From positions 2,919-66,918 of the forward strand of contig JADJUJ010000024.1 of assembly GCA_016710765.1 (NCBI GenBank): a DNA stretch of 64,000 nucleotides, given 5' to 3'. Below the pieces are notes generated by a model. That model saw only the letters and a list, made by a program, of their open reading frames with translations. It was not told where the DNA came from and did not search any database. Both the position numbers and the translations under genes were made by a program. This DNA is from Lewinellaceae bacterium (lineage in GTDB: Bacteria > Bacteroidota > Bacteroidia > Chitinophagales > Saprospiraceae). Below, piece after piece: positions 10,696 through 22,556 of this stretch (position 1 is its first letter; the number at the start of each line of letters is the position of its first letter).

Positions 10696-12579
10696 CTACT
10701 TCTTCTTATTCTTCTCCGCCTGCACGCGCTGTTGCTCTTTCATCGCAGATTCAAAGCGTTCCCGCCAGCCACCGGATTTTTTCGGTTTGGCTTTGTTGGC
10801 TTCCAATTTGTCCCGGATTTTATCGTGGTTGATGAAGTATTGTTTGGTCACCACCGTTTGGCCAATGTTCAGGATGTTGCTGAAGCAGAGGTAGGTTGTA
10901 AGGCCCGAGGCAAAGCTGTTGAAGAAGAACATAAACATCACCGGCATGAAATACTGCATGTACTTCATGGCTGGGTTGTTCATGGCTGCGTTGGCGCCAG
11001 TGTCCATCTGTTTCATGTTGTACCAGGTATACCACAAGGTAGTGACCACCCAAATAAGGGTAAAGGCACTGATATGGTTGCCAAAGCCAGGCAACATGTA
11101 GGGGAGGCGGAAGGCAACGTCATAGCTCGAAAGGTCGGTTGCCCAGAGGAAACTCGCTTGTCGAAACTCGATGGCTGCCGGGAAGAATCGGTACAGCGCA
11201 AACCAGATGGGCATTTGCAGGAAAATGGGTAAACAGCCGCCAAGCGGATTGACGCCAAATTCACTGTACATTTTCATGGTTTCCACTGAAATCTGCTGCT
11301 GGTCGTCGCCATGCTTTTTCTTCAGTTCTTCCATTTTGGGCTTCAGCGCGGCCATTTTGGCCTGGCTGTGCACCATCTTGTAGGTCAGCGGGTACACCAG
11401 CAGTTTTACGATCAGTGTCAGTACCAAAATAACGATACCCGGGCTGCTAATAAAACGCGACAGGAATTCAAAAATGGGGTGAATTACCCAGCGGTTAATG
11501 GTGCCAAAGATGCTGGAGCCAAACGGGATGATGTCTTCCAGGGCTAAGTCGTAATGGCGCAAGCGGTCAAACTCGTTGGGGCCGCTGTACAACATCATTT
11601 CCAGTTTTCCACCGTTAGGATCCTTGATGGGGAGGGCTGCTGTGGTGGTGAGTAGCTTGAGGTCGGGGTCCTGGTCGGTCATCACCTTGGTTTCCCCAAC
11701 GAAGTCGGTAAAGGCGAAGTTTTTGGCTACCAGCGCTGTGTTGAAAAACTGGTTGGAGTGGGCAAACCACTGTACCGGCTGATCGCCGAGTTTCTCAATT
11801 GCATCATTGGTGCAGTTGCAGTAGTCCGAATTTTCGTTGGTCGGTTTGAAGTACACGCTCGACATGGTGCGTTCGTACTTCTGGTTGCGTTCCAGTTTGT
11901 CGAGGTGGTTCACCCAGTCAAGTTCCATGACCTGATCCTTGGGAATCACGTCTCCCAATTGGTTGAAGGCAATCTGGTAGTCGAGGTCGTAATTGTCTGG
12001 ATTAAGGGTATAGCGCTCTTCAAAGGAACCTCCATTGGTGGTATTGGCCTTGAAAACGACTGTATTGCCGGATTTCTGCGCTGTAAAGTAAAGGTCCCTG
12101 GTGTTGACAAACCCGGAAGCAGTGTTCATGACCGGGATTTGGAATTCAAAGCGATTTTTGGGATTGGCCAACAACCGGAGCGGGCTCTTGATATCGTTGG
12201 AGAGGGAATCGGTATTGACCTTTTCGAATTTTTTCAGGCGAACCTCCTTGATGCGGGCGCCCTTGGAGGTAAAGGTTAGCACCATGAATTGATTCTCCAG
12301 CGTAACGGTTTCTTCCTTTCCCTGCGCCGCAGGGGCAAAAGCACCGTACTTGGCCATCAGCATTCCTGTTTTGGCAGAATCAGGCATAGCAGCAATGGTG
12401 GCTGTCGGTGCAGTTTCCGCGGGGGCAGGGTTGTCCGTTTGCGCCGTATCCTGGGTCGTTGGCGTGGTGGCTGGCAGGTCTTTTTTCTCAGGCGCAGTAT
12501 ACTGCATCCAAAGGTATAACAGCAAAAAGATCAGGCCAAGGCCAATGACGGTGTTTAAATTATTTTGTTTTTCTTCCAT
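10696..12579 (-). CDS. yidC: Membrane protein insertase YidC (long Bacteroidota form)
   Basis: 627 aa with an N-terminal TM helix, a large periplasmic domain, and a conserved C-terminal core (LPIFLQMPIWFALYRF). Confidence 0.9.
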   Translation of the reverse strand: MEEKQNNLNTVIGLGLIFLLLYLWMQYTAPEKKDLPATTPTTQDTAQTDNPAPAETAPTATIAAMPDSAKTGMLMAKYGAFAPAAQGKEETVTLENQFMVLTFTSKGARIKEVRLKKFEKVNTDSLSNDIKSPLRLLANPKNRFEFQIPVMNTASGFVNTRDLYFTAQKSGNTVVFKANTTNGGSFEERYTLNPDNYDLDYQIAFNQLGDVIPKDQVMELDWVNHLDKLERNQKYERTMSSVYFKPTNENSDYCNCTNDAIEKLGDQPVQWFAHSNQFFNTALVAKNFAFTDFVGETKVMTDQDPDLKLLTTTAALPIKDPNGGKLEMMLYSGPNEFDRLRHYDLALEDIIPFGSSIFGTINRWVIHPIFEFLSRFISSPGIVILVLTLIVKLLVYPLTYKMVHSQAKMAALKPKMEELKKKHGDDQQQISVETMKMYSEFGVNPLGGCLPIFLQMPIWFALYRFFPAAIEFRQASFLWATDLSSYDVAFRLPYMLPGFGNHISAFTLIWVVTTLWYTWYNMKQMDTGANAAMNNPAMKYMQYFMPVMFMFFFNSFASGLTTYLCFSNILNIGQTVVTKQYFINHDKIRDKLEANKAKPKKSGGWRERFESAMKEQQRVQAEKNKKK

Positions 12580-12822
12580 TTCTATACAAGACGTTGAGTA
12601 ACGGTATTTACCCGTTTAAAATCGGCGCAAAAGTAGGTTAAAACCCTTGGCATTTAAAACTTCCTTGGAAGATTATACACAGCAAGTCGACCAGCGGCGC
12701 GTTTTAGCCTATTTGCAGACAGCACAGGCATTATCTTTACCGGGCTTTAATGCCAAAGTCAACCCTACAAAGTCAGAATCCCGCACGAGTGCGTAACTTT
12801 GTGGCTTCACCAAAAAAGATCC

Positions 12823-13965
12823 ATGGACCTAACAAAAATACCCTCGCCCTGTTTTGTACTCGACGAATCATTGTTGCGCAAAAACCTCGAACTGATCCAG
12901 CATGTGCAGCAAGAGGCCGGGGTAGATGTCATTCTGGCCTTCAAAGGTTTTGCCATGTGGAGTACCTTTCCAATGGTGCGGCAGTATTTGAAAGGCGCTA
13001 CGGCCTCCTCATTACATGAGGCCAGGCTTTGCTTTGAAGAAATGAAAACGAAGGCACATACCTATGCTGTAGCCTACGCACCCGGTGAATTCGGAAAAAT
13101 GATGCAGTATTCCAGTCATATCACCTTCAATTCGCTTGCACAGTACCGCCGCTTCCGGGGGCGTTTGCAAAAATATCCTGAACACATCAGCCCCGGCATT
13201 CGGGTCAACCCGGAATGGTCGCCAGTAGGGACTGACCTGTACAACCCTGCTTCGCCCGGCTCCCGCCTTGGTGCAACGGCAGAACATTTTAAAAATGGCC
13301 TTCCGGAAGGCATTGAAGGACTTCATTTTCATGTATTGTGTGAAAGCACCAGTTTTGATTTGGAGCAGGTGCTGGAAAAGTTTGAAGCGAAATTTGACCG
13401 TTTTTTACCGGGATTGAAATGGGTCAACTTTGGCGGTGGGCACCTGATGACCCGCAAAGGTTACGATGTTGCCCACCTTATTAAGGTATTGAAATCTTTC
13501 CGGAGCCGCTATCCCAACCTCGAGGTTATCCTTGAACCAGGCAGCGCAATTGCCTGGGAAACGGGTTTTTTGGTGGCCAGGGTGTTGGATATTGTAAAAA
13601 ACAATGGCGTAAAGACGGCCAATTTGGATGTTTCTTTTACTGCCCACATGCCGGATACCCTGGAAATGCCCTACCGACCCAAAGTAAGGGGCGCCAACAC
13701 CGACCCTGGTCCAAAAGACCCAAACCAATACCGCTTAGGTGGTGTGAGTTGCCTCAGCGGCGACTATATGGAGGTATATGGATTTGATAAACCACTGAAA
13801 GTGGGGCAAAAAATCATTTTGGAAGACATGATTCACTACACGATGGTTAAAACATCGACCTTTAACGGGGTAACCCATCCTTCCATTGCCATTTTACGCG
13901 AAGACGGACAATTGGAAATTGTCCGTAAGTTTAATTACCAGGACTATAAGCGCAGGTTGTCATAA
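12823..13965 (+). CDS. nspC: Carboxynorspermidine/carboxyspermidine decarboxylase
   Basis: MDLTKIPSPCFVLDE.. start, the FHVLCE block, and a C-terminal ..FNYQDYKRRLS that matches the NspC tail as I recall it. Confidence 0.85.
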   Translation: MDLTKIPSPCFVLDESLLRKNLELIQHVQQEAGVDVILAFKGFAMWSTFPMVRQYLKGATASSLHEARLCFEEMKTKAHTYAVAYAPGEFGKMMQYSSHITFNSLAQYRRFRGRLQKYPEHISPGIRVNPEWSPVGTDLYNPASPGSRLGATAEHFKNGLPEGIEGLHFHVLCESTSFDLEQVLEKFEAKFDRFLPGLKWVNFGGGHLMTRKGYDVAHLIKVLKSFRSRYPNLEVILEPGSAIAWETGFLVARVLDIVKNNGVKTANLDVSFTAHMPDTLEMPYRPKVRGANTDPGPKDPNQYRLGGVSCLSGDYMEVYGFDKPLKVGQKIILEDMIHYTMVKTSTFNGVTHPSIAILREDGQLEIVRKFNYQDYKRRLS

Positions 13966-14022
13966 TTGGGTATTGGTCTTTGGCGTTGTTTTCAAGCAGC
14001 GCCAAAGACCAATTTTCCTGTT

Positions 14023-15072
14023 TTATTTGGGCCTTTTCCCGGCGTTCAGAAATTCCTGATAGGCTTTCAGGTTTTCCCATTCGCCATTGGCGGCCAGCAG
14101 CGATTGTGCCGACCAAGTACCCGGGTCGTGCATTGCAAAACGCGGACCTGCCTCAAGGAGGATGTCTTTCAGATGGTTTACCGGGGTGCGCGCCAGTTCT
14201 GTATAGGTGTTTATGCCGTTTTGAAAGAGCAGTTCCTCGATTTTTGGCCCGATGCCTTCCACAATTTTTAGGTCGTCTCTTGCGCAGGGAACTACAATGT
14301 ATTCCGGTTGTTCGTCTTCGGGTGATGAATCGGGCGTTTCTGCTGCTTTGGTATCGGGCGCCTCAGGGGTATCTGTTGGAGCGGCTTGTTCCAGGGTTTC
14401 TTCGGCAAGACCCAGTCCGGCAACCACCACATCATCATCACCAAGTGAGGGTAGTACCGTGCCGCCATCGGTGCCCATTACTGCAGGTTCCCTCAATTGG
14501 GTGTCAATTACTGGCATGGGGATGTCCTCCAATTCGTCCATTTCCGAATCTTCGGGGGCATCAACAGGGACAGCGATAACAGGAGCCTCTTCTGGCGTTG
14601 GCGTTTCGGCAACGATGTGTTCAGGTGTTGATTCCGCCAGGTTATTGGTGATTTCCACAGGCGTTTCCGGAAGTGGTTCTGTGGCAGCCTGCAGCCCGAG
14701 TTCAATTTTAAGTTGTCGCAACTGTCCGCTAAAGTCGAGGTTTTCCGCCTCTAGAAACTGAAGTCTGGACCGCATGGTATTCCCCTCGTCGGTTGCCAGG
14801 GCGATTTGGCCATTGAGGTCATTTTTTTCTGCCTCCAGTTTGGCCATGTTGCTTTTCAGTTGGTCGTTCTCGGTGCGCAGGGCACTGGCAGTAGCATTCA
14901 GGCTAACTTGTTCGAGGCGCATTTTTTCTGCCATTTGGCGGTAGCGGCTCCAAAGCACCCAGCCCAGCCATAAGCCCATTAGAAAGGCTACGCCGAGCAT
15001 GATGAGGATTTCAAAGCTGTGACTGGTAAATGTTGCTGTTCCGGGGCCGGTCAGTACGTTCTGTTGGAACAT
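14023..15072 (-). CDS. Membrane-anchored coiled-coil/acidic protein with a C-terminal helix-hairpin-helix-like domain
   Basis: N-terminal TM helix, heptad-like region, and D/E/P/T-rich linker. The C-terminus reads DDLKIVEGIGPKIEELLFQNGINTYTELA. Confidence 0.55.
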   Translation of the reverse strand: MFQQNVLTGPGTATFTSHSFEILIMLGVAFLMGLWLGWVLWSRYRQMAEKMRLEQVSLNATASALRTENDQLKSNMAKLEAEKNDLNGQIALATDEGNTMRSRLQFLEAENLDFSGQLRQLKIELGLQAATEPLPETPVEITNNLAESTPEHIVAETPTPEEAPVIAVPVDAPEDSEMDELEDIPMPVIDTQLREPAVMGTDGGTVLPSLGDDDVVVAGLGLAEETLEQAAPTDTPEAPDTKAAETPDSSPEDEQPEYIVVPCARDDLKIVEGIGPKIEELLFQNGINTYTELARTPVNHLKDILLEAGPRFAMHDPGTWSAQSLLAANGEWENLKAYQEFLNAGKRPK

Positions 15073-15094
15073 AAAGGGTTAGGATTAATGTGTG

Positions 15095-15736
15095 TTAAGG
15101 GTTGAATCGAATTTCCACACGGCGGTTGAGGTACCGTCCGCGGGGGGTATCGTTGGTGGCGACAGGTTTGGATTCGCCTTTGGAATACGTTTTTATTTGT
15201 TGAGCAGGAACGCCTTTTGCTGTAAGGGTGGCTTTGATTTGATTGGCGCGTTGTTGCCCTATGCTTTGATTGGCCTTGGCATCACCGATCATATCGGTAT
15301 GGCCGGTAATGGTAATCGATTTTCCGTTTTGCTGCAGGTACAAGGCCAGCTGTTGTAAGTAATCGTCTATGGCATCATTATCCTCCCGGCGGGTGGAGTT
15401 GTAAGGGAAATGGATAATTACATGGTCTTTTAAGTCTTCAATTTGCACCCGATCGAGGTTTCCTGGCGTTTCTGAGAGGCTGGTGGATGGCCGGGGTGCA
15501 GCGTTGGTTGGGGCGGGGGATGCTGTGCTTGCTGGCGGGTTGGAAGGTGCAGCAGCAGTACTGTTGTCAGATTCCAAACCAAGCGTATCAGGAATTGCTG
15601 CAGGTGATATGCCAGTGTTCATGCCTGCGGTTTGTGTTTCGTTGTTGCAAACTTGTTTTATGCCACAAACGTACCATCGCCAGCAAATAAGGCTCCAAAT
15701 AAAAAAGAGGGCGAGGATGAGTATTCTGGATTGCAT
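15095..15736 (-). CDS. OmpA-family peptidoglycan-binding protein
   Basis: C-terminal OmpA_C block ITGHTDMIGDAKANQSIGQQRANQIK...NRRVEIRF. Confidence 0.85.
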   Translation of the reverse strand: MQSRILILALFFIWSLICWRWYVCGIKQVCNNETQTAGMNTGISPAAIPDTLGLESDNSTAAAPSNPPASTASPAPTNAAPRPSTSLSETPGNLDRVQIEDLKDHVIIHFPYNSTRREDNDAIDDYLQQLALYLQQNGKSITITGHTDMIGDAKANQSIGQQRANQIKATLTAKGVPAQQIKTYSKGESKPVATNDTPRGRYLNRRVEIRFNP

Positions 15737-15860
15737 AAATAAAGATTCAAGTGTGGGGGATTACAAAGCGGGGAAAAGGTATCTTCCTATCTTTGAGCCG
15801 TGAGTTTATCGCCTTCCGGCTGTTTTTCCAAATATTTTGTTTGAAAATATTATTGTGCAG

Positions 15861-16196
15861 ATGAACCAGATAACTTTTGAGGACTTTATGAAGGTGGATA
15901 TCCGGACCGGAACCATCCTTGAGGTGCGCATTTTTCCGCAAGCGCGCAAGCCGGCGTATCAACTGGAAATTGATTTTGGACAGGACATAGGTATTAAGTC
16001 CAGCAGCGCACAGTTGACGGCATTGTACACGCCGGAAACCCTGAAGGGACGGCAGGTACTCGCCGTCGTGAATTTTCCAAAACTTCAAATTGCCAACTTT
16101 TTTTCTGAAGTATTGGTGCTTGGCCTTGAAACGCCAGCAGGGGTAGTACTTTTGCAGCCAGAACAGGCAGTGGCCAATGGTATCCGCATGAGTTAG
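15861..16196 (+). CDS. CsaA-like tRNA-binding domain protein
   Basis: About 111 aa. FMKVDIRTGTILEV and QLEIDFG are typical of the tRNA_bind/CsaA fold. Confidence 0.75.
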   Translation: MNQITFEDFMKVDIRTGTILEVRIFPQARKPAYQLEIDFGQDIGIKSSSAQLTALYTPETLKGRQVLAVVNFPKLQIANFFSEVLVLGLETPAGVVLLQPEQAVANGIRMS

Positions 16197-16300
16197 TGCG
16201 ACCTTTGTCAGTAGTCTGTTAAATTACACCAGAAAAAAGGGTTTTCAAGGCCATTTACAACCAAATGGAGCCTAAAGGGTTTATAACACAATATTGAATT

Positions 16301-17959
16301 ATGATAGAAGATAAAAAAGGAGCGTCAAAATATATGGTCAGCAGAGAAAGTCTGCGGGAGGCCTTGAAAATATTTGAATTTGTACGCCCCTACCGTGGCT
16401 ATTTCATTGCCGGGCTGGTCTTGTTGTTCTTGTCCAGTGCTGTCTTCATGGTGTTTCCCTACGTGGTGGGCCTGATGCTTGATGTGGCGCAGGGCAACGC
16501 GCGTTTTGCTAATGTCAACCTCAAGCAAATTGCTGGTTTTTTGGTGCTGGTGCTGGCCTTCCAGGGCGTAGTATCTTATTACCGGGTTATGACTTTCGCG
16601 CAGGTAAGTGAAAAAGGTACGGCCGACATCCGAAGGGCCCTTTACCATAAGCTGATCTCACTGCCCATGGTGTTTTTTGAAAAAAACAGGGTAGGGGACT
16701 TGGTGAGCAGGCTCACCAACGATGTTGAAAAACTGTACAACACCTTTTACTTCGTACTGGCAGAGTTTTTACGACAAATCATTTTACTGGTCGGGGGTAT
16801 TGTTTTTCTCGCCTGGCAAACGCCCAAACTTGCCGGTATCATGCTGGCGGTTTTCCCGGTTATCGTTGTCGGCGCCATGTTTTTCGGGCGCTACATTCGG
16901 AAACTGTCGAAGCAACGGCAGGAGATTCTCGCTGAAACGAATACAATATTGGATGAAACACTCCAAACCATTCAGGCCGTCAAAGCCTTCACCAATGAAT
17001 TGTTTGAGGTGGGCCGTTACAGCAAAACCAACAGCAGGGTGGTGAATGTATCCCTTAAATATGCCTCTGGCAGAGCGATTTTCTCTGTGTTCATCATAAC
17101 TGTGTTGTTTGGCGCCCTGTTTTTTGTCATTTGGATGGGCATGCGGATGGTACAGTTGGGTGAGATAACAGCGGGCCAGCTCATTTCATTTGTCACCTTT
17201 ACCGCTGTAATTGGTGGCGCCATAGCTGGGTTGGGTAATTTCTATTCGGAGTTGGTGGGCGCTATTGGCGCAACAGAACGCATCCGGGAAATACTTAAGA
17301 CACCCTCAGAGTAGATCAGGAGCGACCACAATCGAACCGGCCTGCGGCCCGCCTGGATGGCGATATTGACTTTGAGAACGTTCGGTTTTCCTATCCCACT
17401 CGAGCGGATGTGGAGGTGCTGAAGGGCGTTAGCCTGCACATCCCTGCCGGCCATAAGGTGGCCATCGTTGGCCAAAGTGGCGCGGGCAAATCCACGCTCA
17501 TGCAGTTGTTGCTGCAATTCCATACTGCAGATGAGGGCAATATTCGGGTGTCGGGTGACAACATTTACGATTACCACTTACTGTCCCACCGCAACAACTT
17601 TGCCATCGTCCCGCAGGAAGTGATTCTTTTTGGCGGTTCCGTACGGGAAAACATTCTTGCGAAATCCCTCTATCCTTTTGCTGGATGAGGCGACATCTTC
17701 CCTGGATGCGGAAAGTGAAAAACAAGTGCAGGAAGCCCTGAACAATCTCATGGTAGGCCGTACCAGTATCATCATTGCGCACCGGTTGGCTACGATTCGG
17801 GAGGCTGACCGAATTTATGTATTGGAGGGTGGCCAGATTGTGGAAGAAGGAACCCATAATGAATTGTGGGCCCTGGAAAACGGTGTGTACCGCAGTTTGG
17901 CGAAACTTCAGTTTGAACCCATGCCACATACCGTATTGGTCCGGGAAATGCCATTGTAA
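16301..17959 (+). pseudogene. MsbA-like ABC exporter (TMD-NBD fusion), disrupted: one frameshift plus an internal deletion that removes the signature-motif region
   Basis: Six-helix TMD at 16301-17314. The frame changes near 17310. Walker A is GQSGAGKST. ..SVRENI runs directly, and out of frame, into LRNPSILLLDEATS (Walker B). No LSGGQ is encoded in any frame. Confidence 0.75.
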
Positions 17960-18030
17960 TACCTGTTGCTTCGTTTGCACGCATACACGCAAACAATTTG
18001 AATTGAATAACCTTCAACCGAGCGCCCGCA

Positions 18031-19040
18031 ATGACTGGAGTTTTGCTTGTTAATCTTGGCACGCCAGATGCCCCGACTCGGGCAGCGGTATACCGGTATT
18101 TGAAAGAGTTTTTGTTGGATCCCCGAGTGATTGATATCAATCCCATTGCCCGCAACTTGCTGGTGAGAGGGGATTATCGCCCCTTTCGTTCCGGAAAATC
18201 AGCAAAAGCCTACCAAGAAGTGTGGACAGAAAATGGCTCTCCGCTTAAATTCTATGGCGAACGCCTCAGCGCTCAGGTACAGCAAATCCTGGGCGAGGAA
18301 TATGTTGTAGCACTCGGAATGCGCTACCAGCGCCCTTCCATTGTGTCGGCTATCCGGCACTTGCAGGATAATAAAGTTAACCGGATCGTGGTTTTCCCTT
18401 GTTTCCGCAATATGCAAGCGCAACAACCGGATCCGTTCACGAGGAAGTAATGCGTATCCTCGCTAAAGCCCAATCTATCCCAGGGCTGCACCTTATCAAT
18501 GGCTATGCTACACTGCCGGAAATGGTGCGTTTGTATGCGGCCAATGCCCGCCAGTTCCCCATTGATACTTACGATCATATCCTGTTCAGTTACCATGGCC
18601 TGCCCCAGCGGCAGTTGCGCAAGGCCGACGAATTTAACCACTGCCTTCAACAGGAAAACTGCTGTCAGACCCTGACGCCCACCAATCAGTTCTGTTATTC
18701 GGCGCAATGCTATGCTACCACCCGTGCGATTGCTGACGAACTTAGCCTCACTGCAGACCGCTATTCGGTATGCTTTCAGTCGCGGCTTGGCCGCGACCCC
18801 TGGACACAACCCTATACCATCCGCCGGATCGAGGCGCTGGCTAAAGCGGGCGCCAAGCGATTGCTTGTTTTCTGTCCGGCCTTCACGGCTGATTGCCTGG
18901 AAACCACCGTTGAAATCGGTGAGGAATACCGGGAGGAATTTCTTGAAAAGTGGGGCGGAGAACAACTCGATCTGGTGCCCAGCCTGAACGACCAGCCTGC
19001 GTGGGCCCGGGTAATTGCCGATCAAATCCGACAGTCGTAG
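18031..19040 (+). CDS. hemH: Ferrochelatase; frame broken once
   Basis: LLVNLGTPDAP, ..VVFPLFPQYASATTGS.. (the join needs one extra C at CCC 18396-18398), and CFQSRLGRDPW. Confidence 0.85.
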
Positions 19041-19318
19041 GCCTCGACCCTTAAAGTTTGTGGTTCAGCGCACCGATATTATTTTGCCAAAAGAAACTTT
19101 TTTTTCGAATCGGGATTAGACGGTCAATCCTAGGTGCTGTTTCGCTTAAATGCGAAATGGGGAAATAATATTTTGTTTTGCGGCATTTGTAATCTTTTTG
19201 CGGCACTTCCGGCAGTTGGTTTCTTGAGTCTTTTTTTGGCCAAAAGAAATTTTTTTGCTGTCTCTTGTTGGAATTCAATATATAGTTTCATTCTTTTGCC
19301 AAGAAAGAACCTATCCCT

Positions 19319-20664
19319 ATGCCTTCAGGTCGCACGATTAAACTTCGCAAAGGATTCGATATTAAGCTCCCCGATGCTGCTGTTGCGCAGATGTCGGACG
19401 TGCACGTCTCCGAAATAGTTGCCGTTAAGCCGGATGACTTCAAAGCCCTTGTACCCAAATTACTGGTACATGAAGGGGATGAAGTAAAAGCCGGTGATCC
19501 ACTTTTTTTTGAAAGCTTCGTCCAGAGATCAAAATCACCGCACCAGTGAGCGGGGAAATAGCCGAAATTGTACGCGGCGCCAAACGTCATATTCTGGAAG
19601 TGCGGATACTGACGGATAAAGCCGGGGTACAATACCGTAGCTTTGGAAAATCCGCCGTTTCAAGTTTATCCCGGGAAGCAGTGATCAAGCAAATGCTTGA
19701 ATCCGGCGTCTGGGCTTATGTAAAACAACGTCCTTACGGGCTGATTGCCGATCCGGAGGCCAATCCCAAAGCCGTTTTTGTTTCCTGTTTCGATTCTGCC
19801 CCTTTGGCGCCGGATGTTGAATTCCTGATTGACCAGGAGGCTGAAAATTTCAAGACCGGGCTTCAAGTGCTGTCGATGCTTGGCAATGGTGTATTGCATT
19901 TGGGTATTCGGCCCGGACAACGGATTGATGCCCCTGAATCCGCTCATGTCCACACTTTCTCGGGTCCTCACCCGGCGGGTAATGTCGGCATTCAAATCCA
20001 CCACATCGATCCCATTCGCGCCGATGAGACAGTTTGGACGGTTGCCGCACAAGATGTGCTGATTATCGGGCGACTTTTCCATGAGGGCCGCTACCGTGCA
20101 GATCGTTTCGTGGCCTTGTGCGGCGAAGGCATGTCGAAACCCTGTTACATCAATGCAGTATCTGGCCAGCGAATGGATACCATCCTGGACAAACATCTAA
20201 AAGAAGGGCATTTTCGGGTTATTCAGGGCAATGTCCTGACTGGAAAACGCTCTGATACCAAGGATTCACTGTCCTTTTATACCAATCAGATTACCGCTAT
20301 TCCGGAGGGTGATCAGCCGGAGTTTCTCGGTTGGTTGTTGCCGGGCTTCGGCAAACTGAGCCTTTCCCGTACTTTTTTCTCCTGGTTGTCTCCCAAACGC
20401 AGTTACCACCTCGATACCAATATGCACGGGGAAGAGCGAAACTTTGTGATGACCGGAGAATATGAAAAGGTACTGCCAATGAATATACTTCCTGTTTTTC
20501 TGCTGAAAAGCATCATGGCGCGCGATGTTGAGCGCATGGAGCAATTGGGCATCTATGAAATTCTGGAAGAAGACCTGGCGCTATGCGAGTTCGTATGCAC
20601 CTCCAAAATTGACGTTCAAAAAATTGTCTCAGAAGGCCTCGATTATATGCGTACCGAGGCTTAA
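19319..20664 (+). CDS. nqrA: Na+-translocating NADH:quinone oxidoreductase subunit A; frame broken once
   Basis: First gene of the nqrABCDEF order. ORFs 19319-19549 and 19546-20664 join as ..FFEKLRPEIKITAPVSGEI.. if one A is added at 19512-19514. Confidence 0.85.
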
Positions 20665-20693
20665 TGTGCTAAAACTTATACTCCGCATTCATT

Positions 20694-21850
20694 ATGCAAT
20701 TTTACAAAAATTCCTGGCTTCCATTAAGCCGCCCTTCGCCAAAGGCGGTAAACTGGAGAAGTTTCACCCTGCTTTTGATGCATTTGAAACATTTCTCTTT
20801 GTTCCCGGCCATACCAGCGATCATGGCGTACATGTACGGGATGCCATCGACCTGAAACGGACCATGATGGCGGTAATCTTGTCGCTGTTTCCACCCCTCT
20901 TGTTTGGTATTTGGAACGTAGGTTACCAACACCACCATGCTTTTGGAATGGATGCCAGCATGATGGATAACTTTATGTTCGGCCTTTGGCGGGTACTGCC
21001 GATTATCGTGGTATCCTATGTCGCAGGATTGGGAGTGGAGTTCATCTTCGCCATCTGGAAAGGCCACAGCGTCAACGAGGGTTATCTGGTAACTGGAATG
21101 CTCATTCCGTTAATTATGCCGGTAACTGTGCCGCTTTGGATGGTAGCCCTTGGCGCGATCTTTTGCACACTGATTGGCAAAGAGATTTTTGGCGGTACCG
21201 GAATGAATTTTATGAATCCGGCCTTGCTGGCCAGGGTCTTCCTGTTCTTCGCTTTTCCGGCGTTTATGTCGGGCGATATTTGGACTGATTTGAGCCCCGA
21301 GGCTGGCAGAGCGCTGGTTGACGGCTGGTCAGGCGCAACCAATCTGGTTACGTTTGACGGCAATTATACCCACCTGCAATCGGCATCCGATATGTTTTTT
21401 GGCTTTGAGCAGGGCTCCATTGGGGAGACCAGCGTGCTGGCCTGCCTGATGGGCGCATTAATTCTGATCATTACAGGTGTGGGCAGTTGGCGCATCATGG
21501 TGTCGGTATTTGTCGGAGGTTACCTTATGGGACTTCTCTTCAATCTGGTAGCACCAGGCTCCAATCCGCTGCACTCCATGCATACACCTGCCTATTACCA
21601 TCTGTTGATGGGTGGCTTTGCCTTCGGCGCCGTGTATATGGCAACCGATCCGGTTTCCGGAGCGCATACCAGTGCGGGGAAATATATTTACGGTTTTCTT
21701 ATTGGTGCGTTTACGGTAGTGCTGCGTGTCTTCAATCCGGCTTATCCGGAGGGGATGATGCTCAGCATTTTGCTGATGAACGTATTCGCACCCCTGATAG
21801 ATCAACTTGTTTTAGAACAACACATTAAAACCCGGTTGAAACGTGCATAG
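20694..21850 (+). CDS. nqrB: Na+-NQR subunit B; frame broken near the start
   Basis: GGKLEKFHPAFDAFETFLF and a polytopic body. ATG 20694 (MQFYK) becomes in-frame (MQFYKKFLASIKPPF..) if the A5 run 20706-20710 is A6. Confidence 0.85.
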
Positions 21851-22556
21851 TAACTCTTATACCTTCATGTATGCAGCAGGGCTCTCTGTAATTACCGCCA
21901 TTATATTGGCGTTTACCTCAGAAGCGCTGAAGCCCGCGCAGGAGGCCAATGTGGCCCTGGAGAAAAAATCCAATATCCTGCGCTCCGTCCGTTTGGAACT
22001 CACTGATCGAAATGCCATTGAAAGTACCTACAACGGTCATATTCAGGCCCTTGTGGTCGACAACAAAGGCGAAGTCCTCAGTGATGTCAAACCCGACGAA
22101 ATTGAATTGCGCAAGGAAGTCGCCAAACCGGAAGCCGATCGGCGGTTGCCGCTGTACGTTTACACCGGCGACAACCAGGAAAAATATTACATTTTGCCCA
22201 TGTCTGGGACGGGCCTTTGGGGGCCAATCTGGGGCTATTTATCCATTGAGGGTGATTTCAATACGGTGCACGGCGCCTTTTTTGATCACAAAAGTGAAAC
22301 CCCGGGTTTGGGTGCAGAAATTGCTGAAAAGCCCTTTCAGGACCAGTTTCCCGGCAAAAAAATCATGTCCGACAACAACCAATTTGTTTCGGTACATGTG
22401 TTGAAAGTTACCGATAAATTCGATGGAGGTGCCGAACACCGCGTGGATGGCATTTCCGGGGGCACTATTACCTCCCGTGGTACCGATGACATGTTGAGAA
22501 ACTGCCTTTCGCCCTATATCCCATATTTCGAAAAAATTAAATCCTCCGGTCAATGA
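21843..22556 (+). CDS. nqrC: Na+-NQR subunit C
   Basis: One N-terminal TM helix, an FMN-attachment-type ISGGTITS motif, and its position in the operon. Confidence 0.85.
   Translation: MHSNSYTFMYAAGLSVITAIILAFTSEALKPAQEANVALEKKSNILRSVRLELTDRNAIESTYNGHIQALVVDNKGEVLSDVKPDEIELRKEVAKPEADRRLPLYVYTGDNQEKYYILPMSGTGLWGPIWGYLSIEGDFNTVHGAFFDHKSETPGLGAEIAEKPFQDQFPGKKIMSDNNQFVSVHVLKVTDKFDGGAEHRVDGISGGTITSRGTDDMLRNCLSPYIPYFEKIKSSGQ

Noticed and set aside
10499-11232. ORFs encoding S/P/L- or E/R/G-rich proteins across the GA/CT tracts (10499-10684, 10521-10832, 10556-10894, 10564-11232)
   Set aside because: They are translations of simple-sequence DNA and of the antisense strand of yidC. Nothing supports them as coding.
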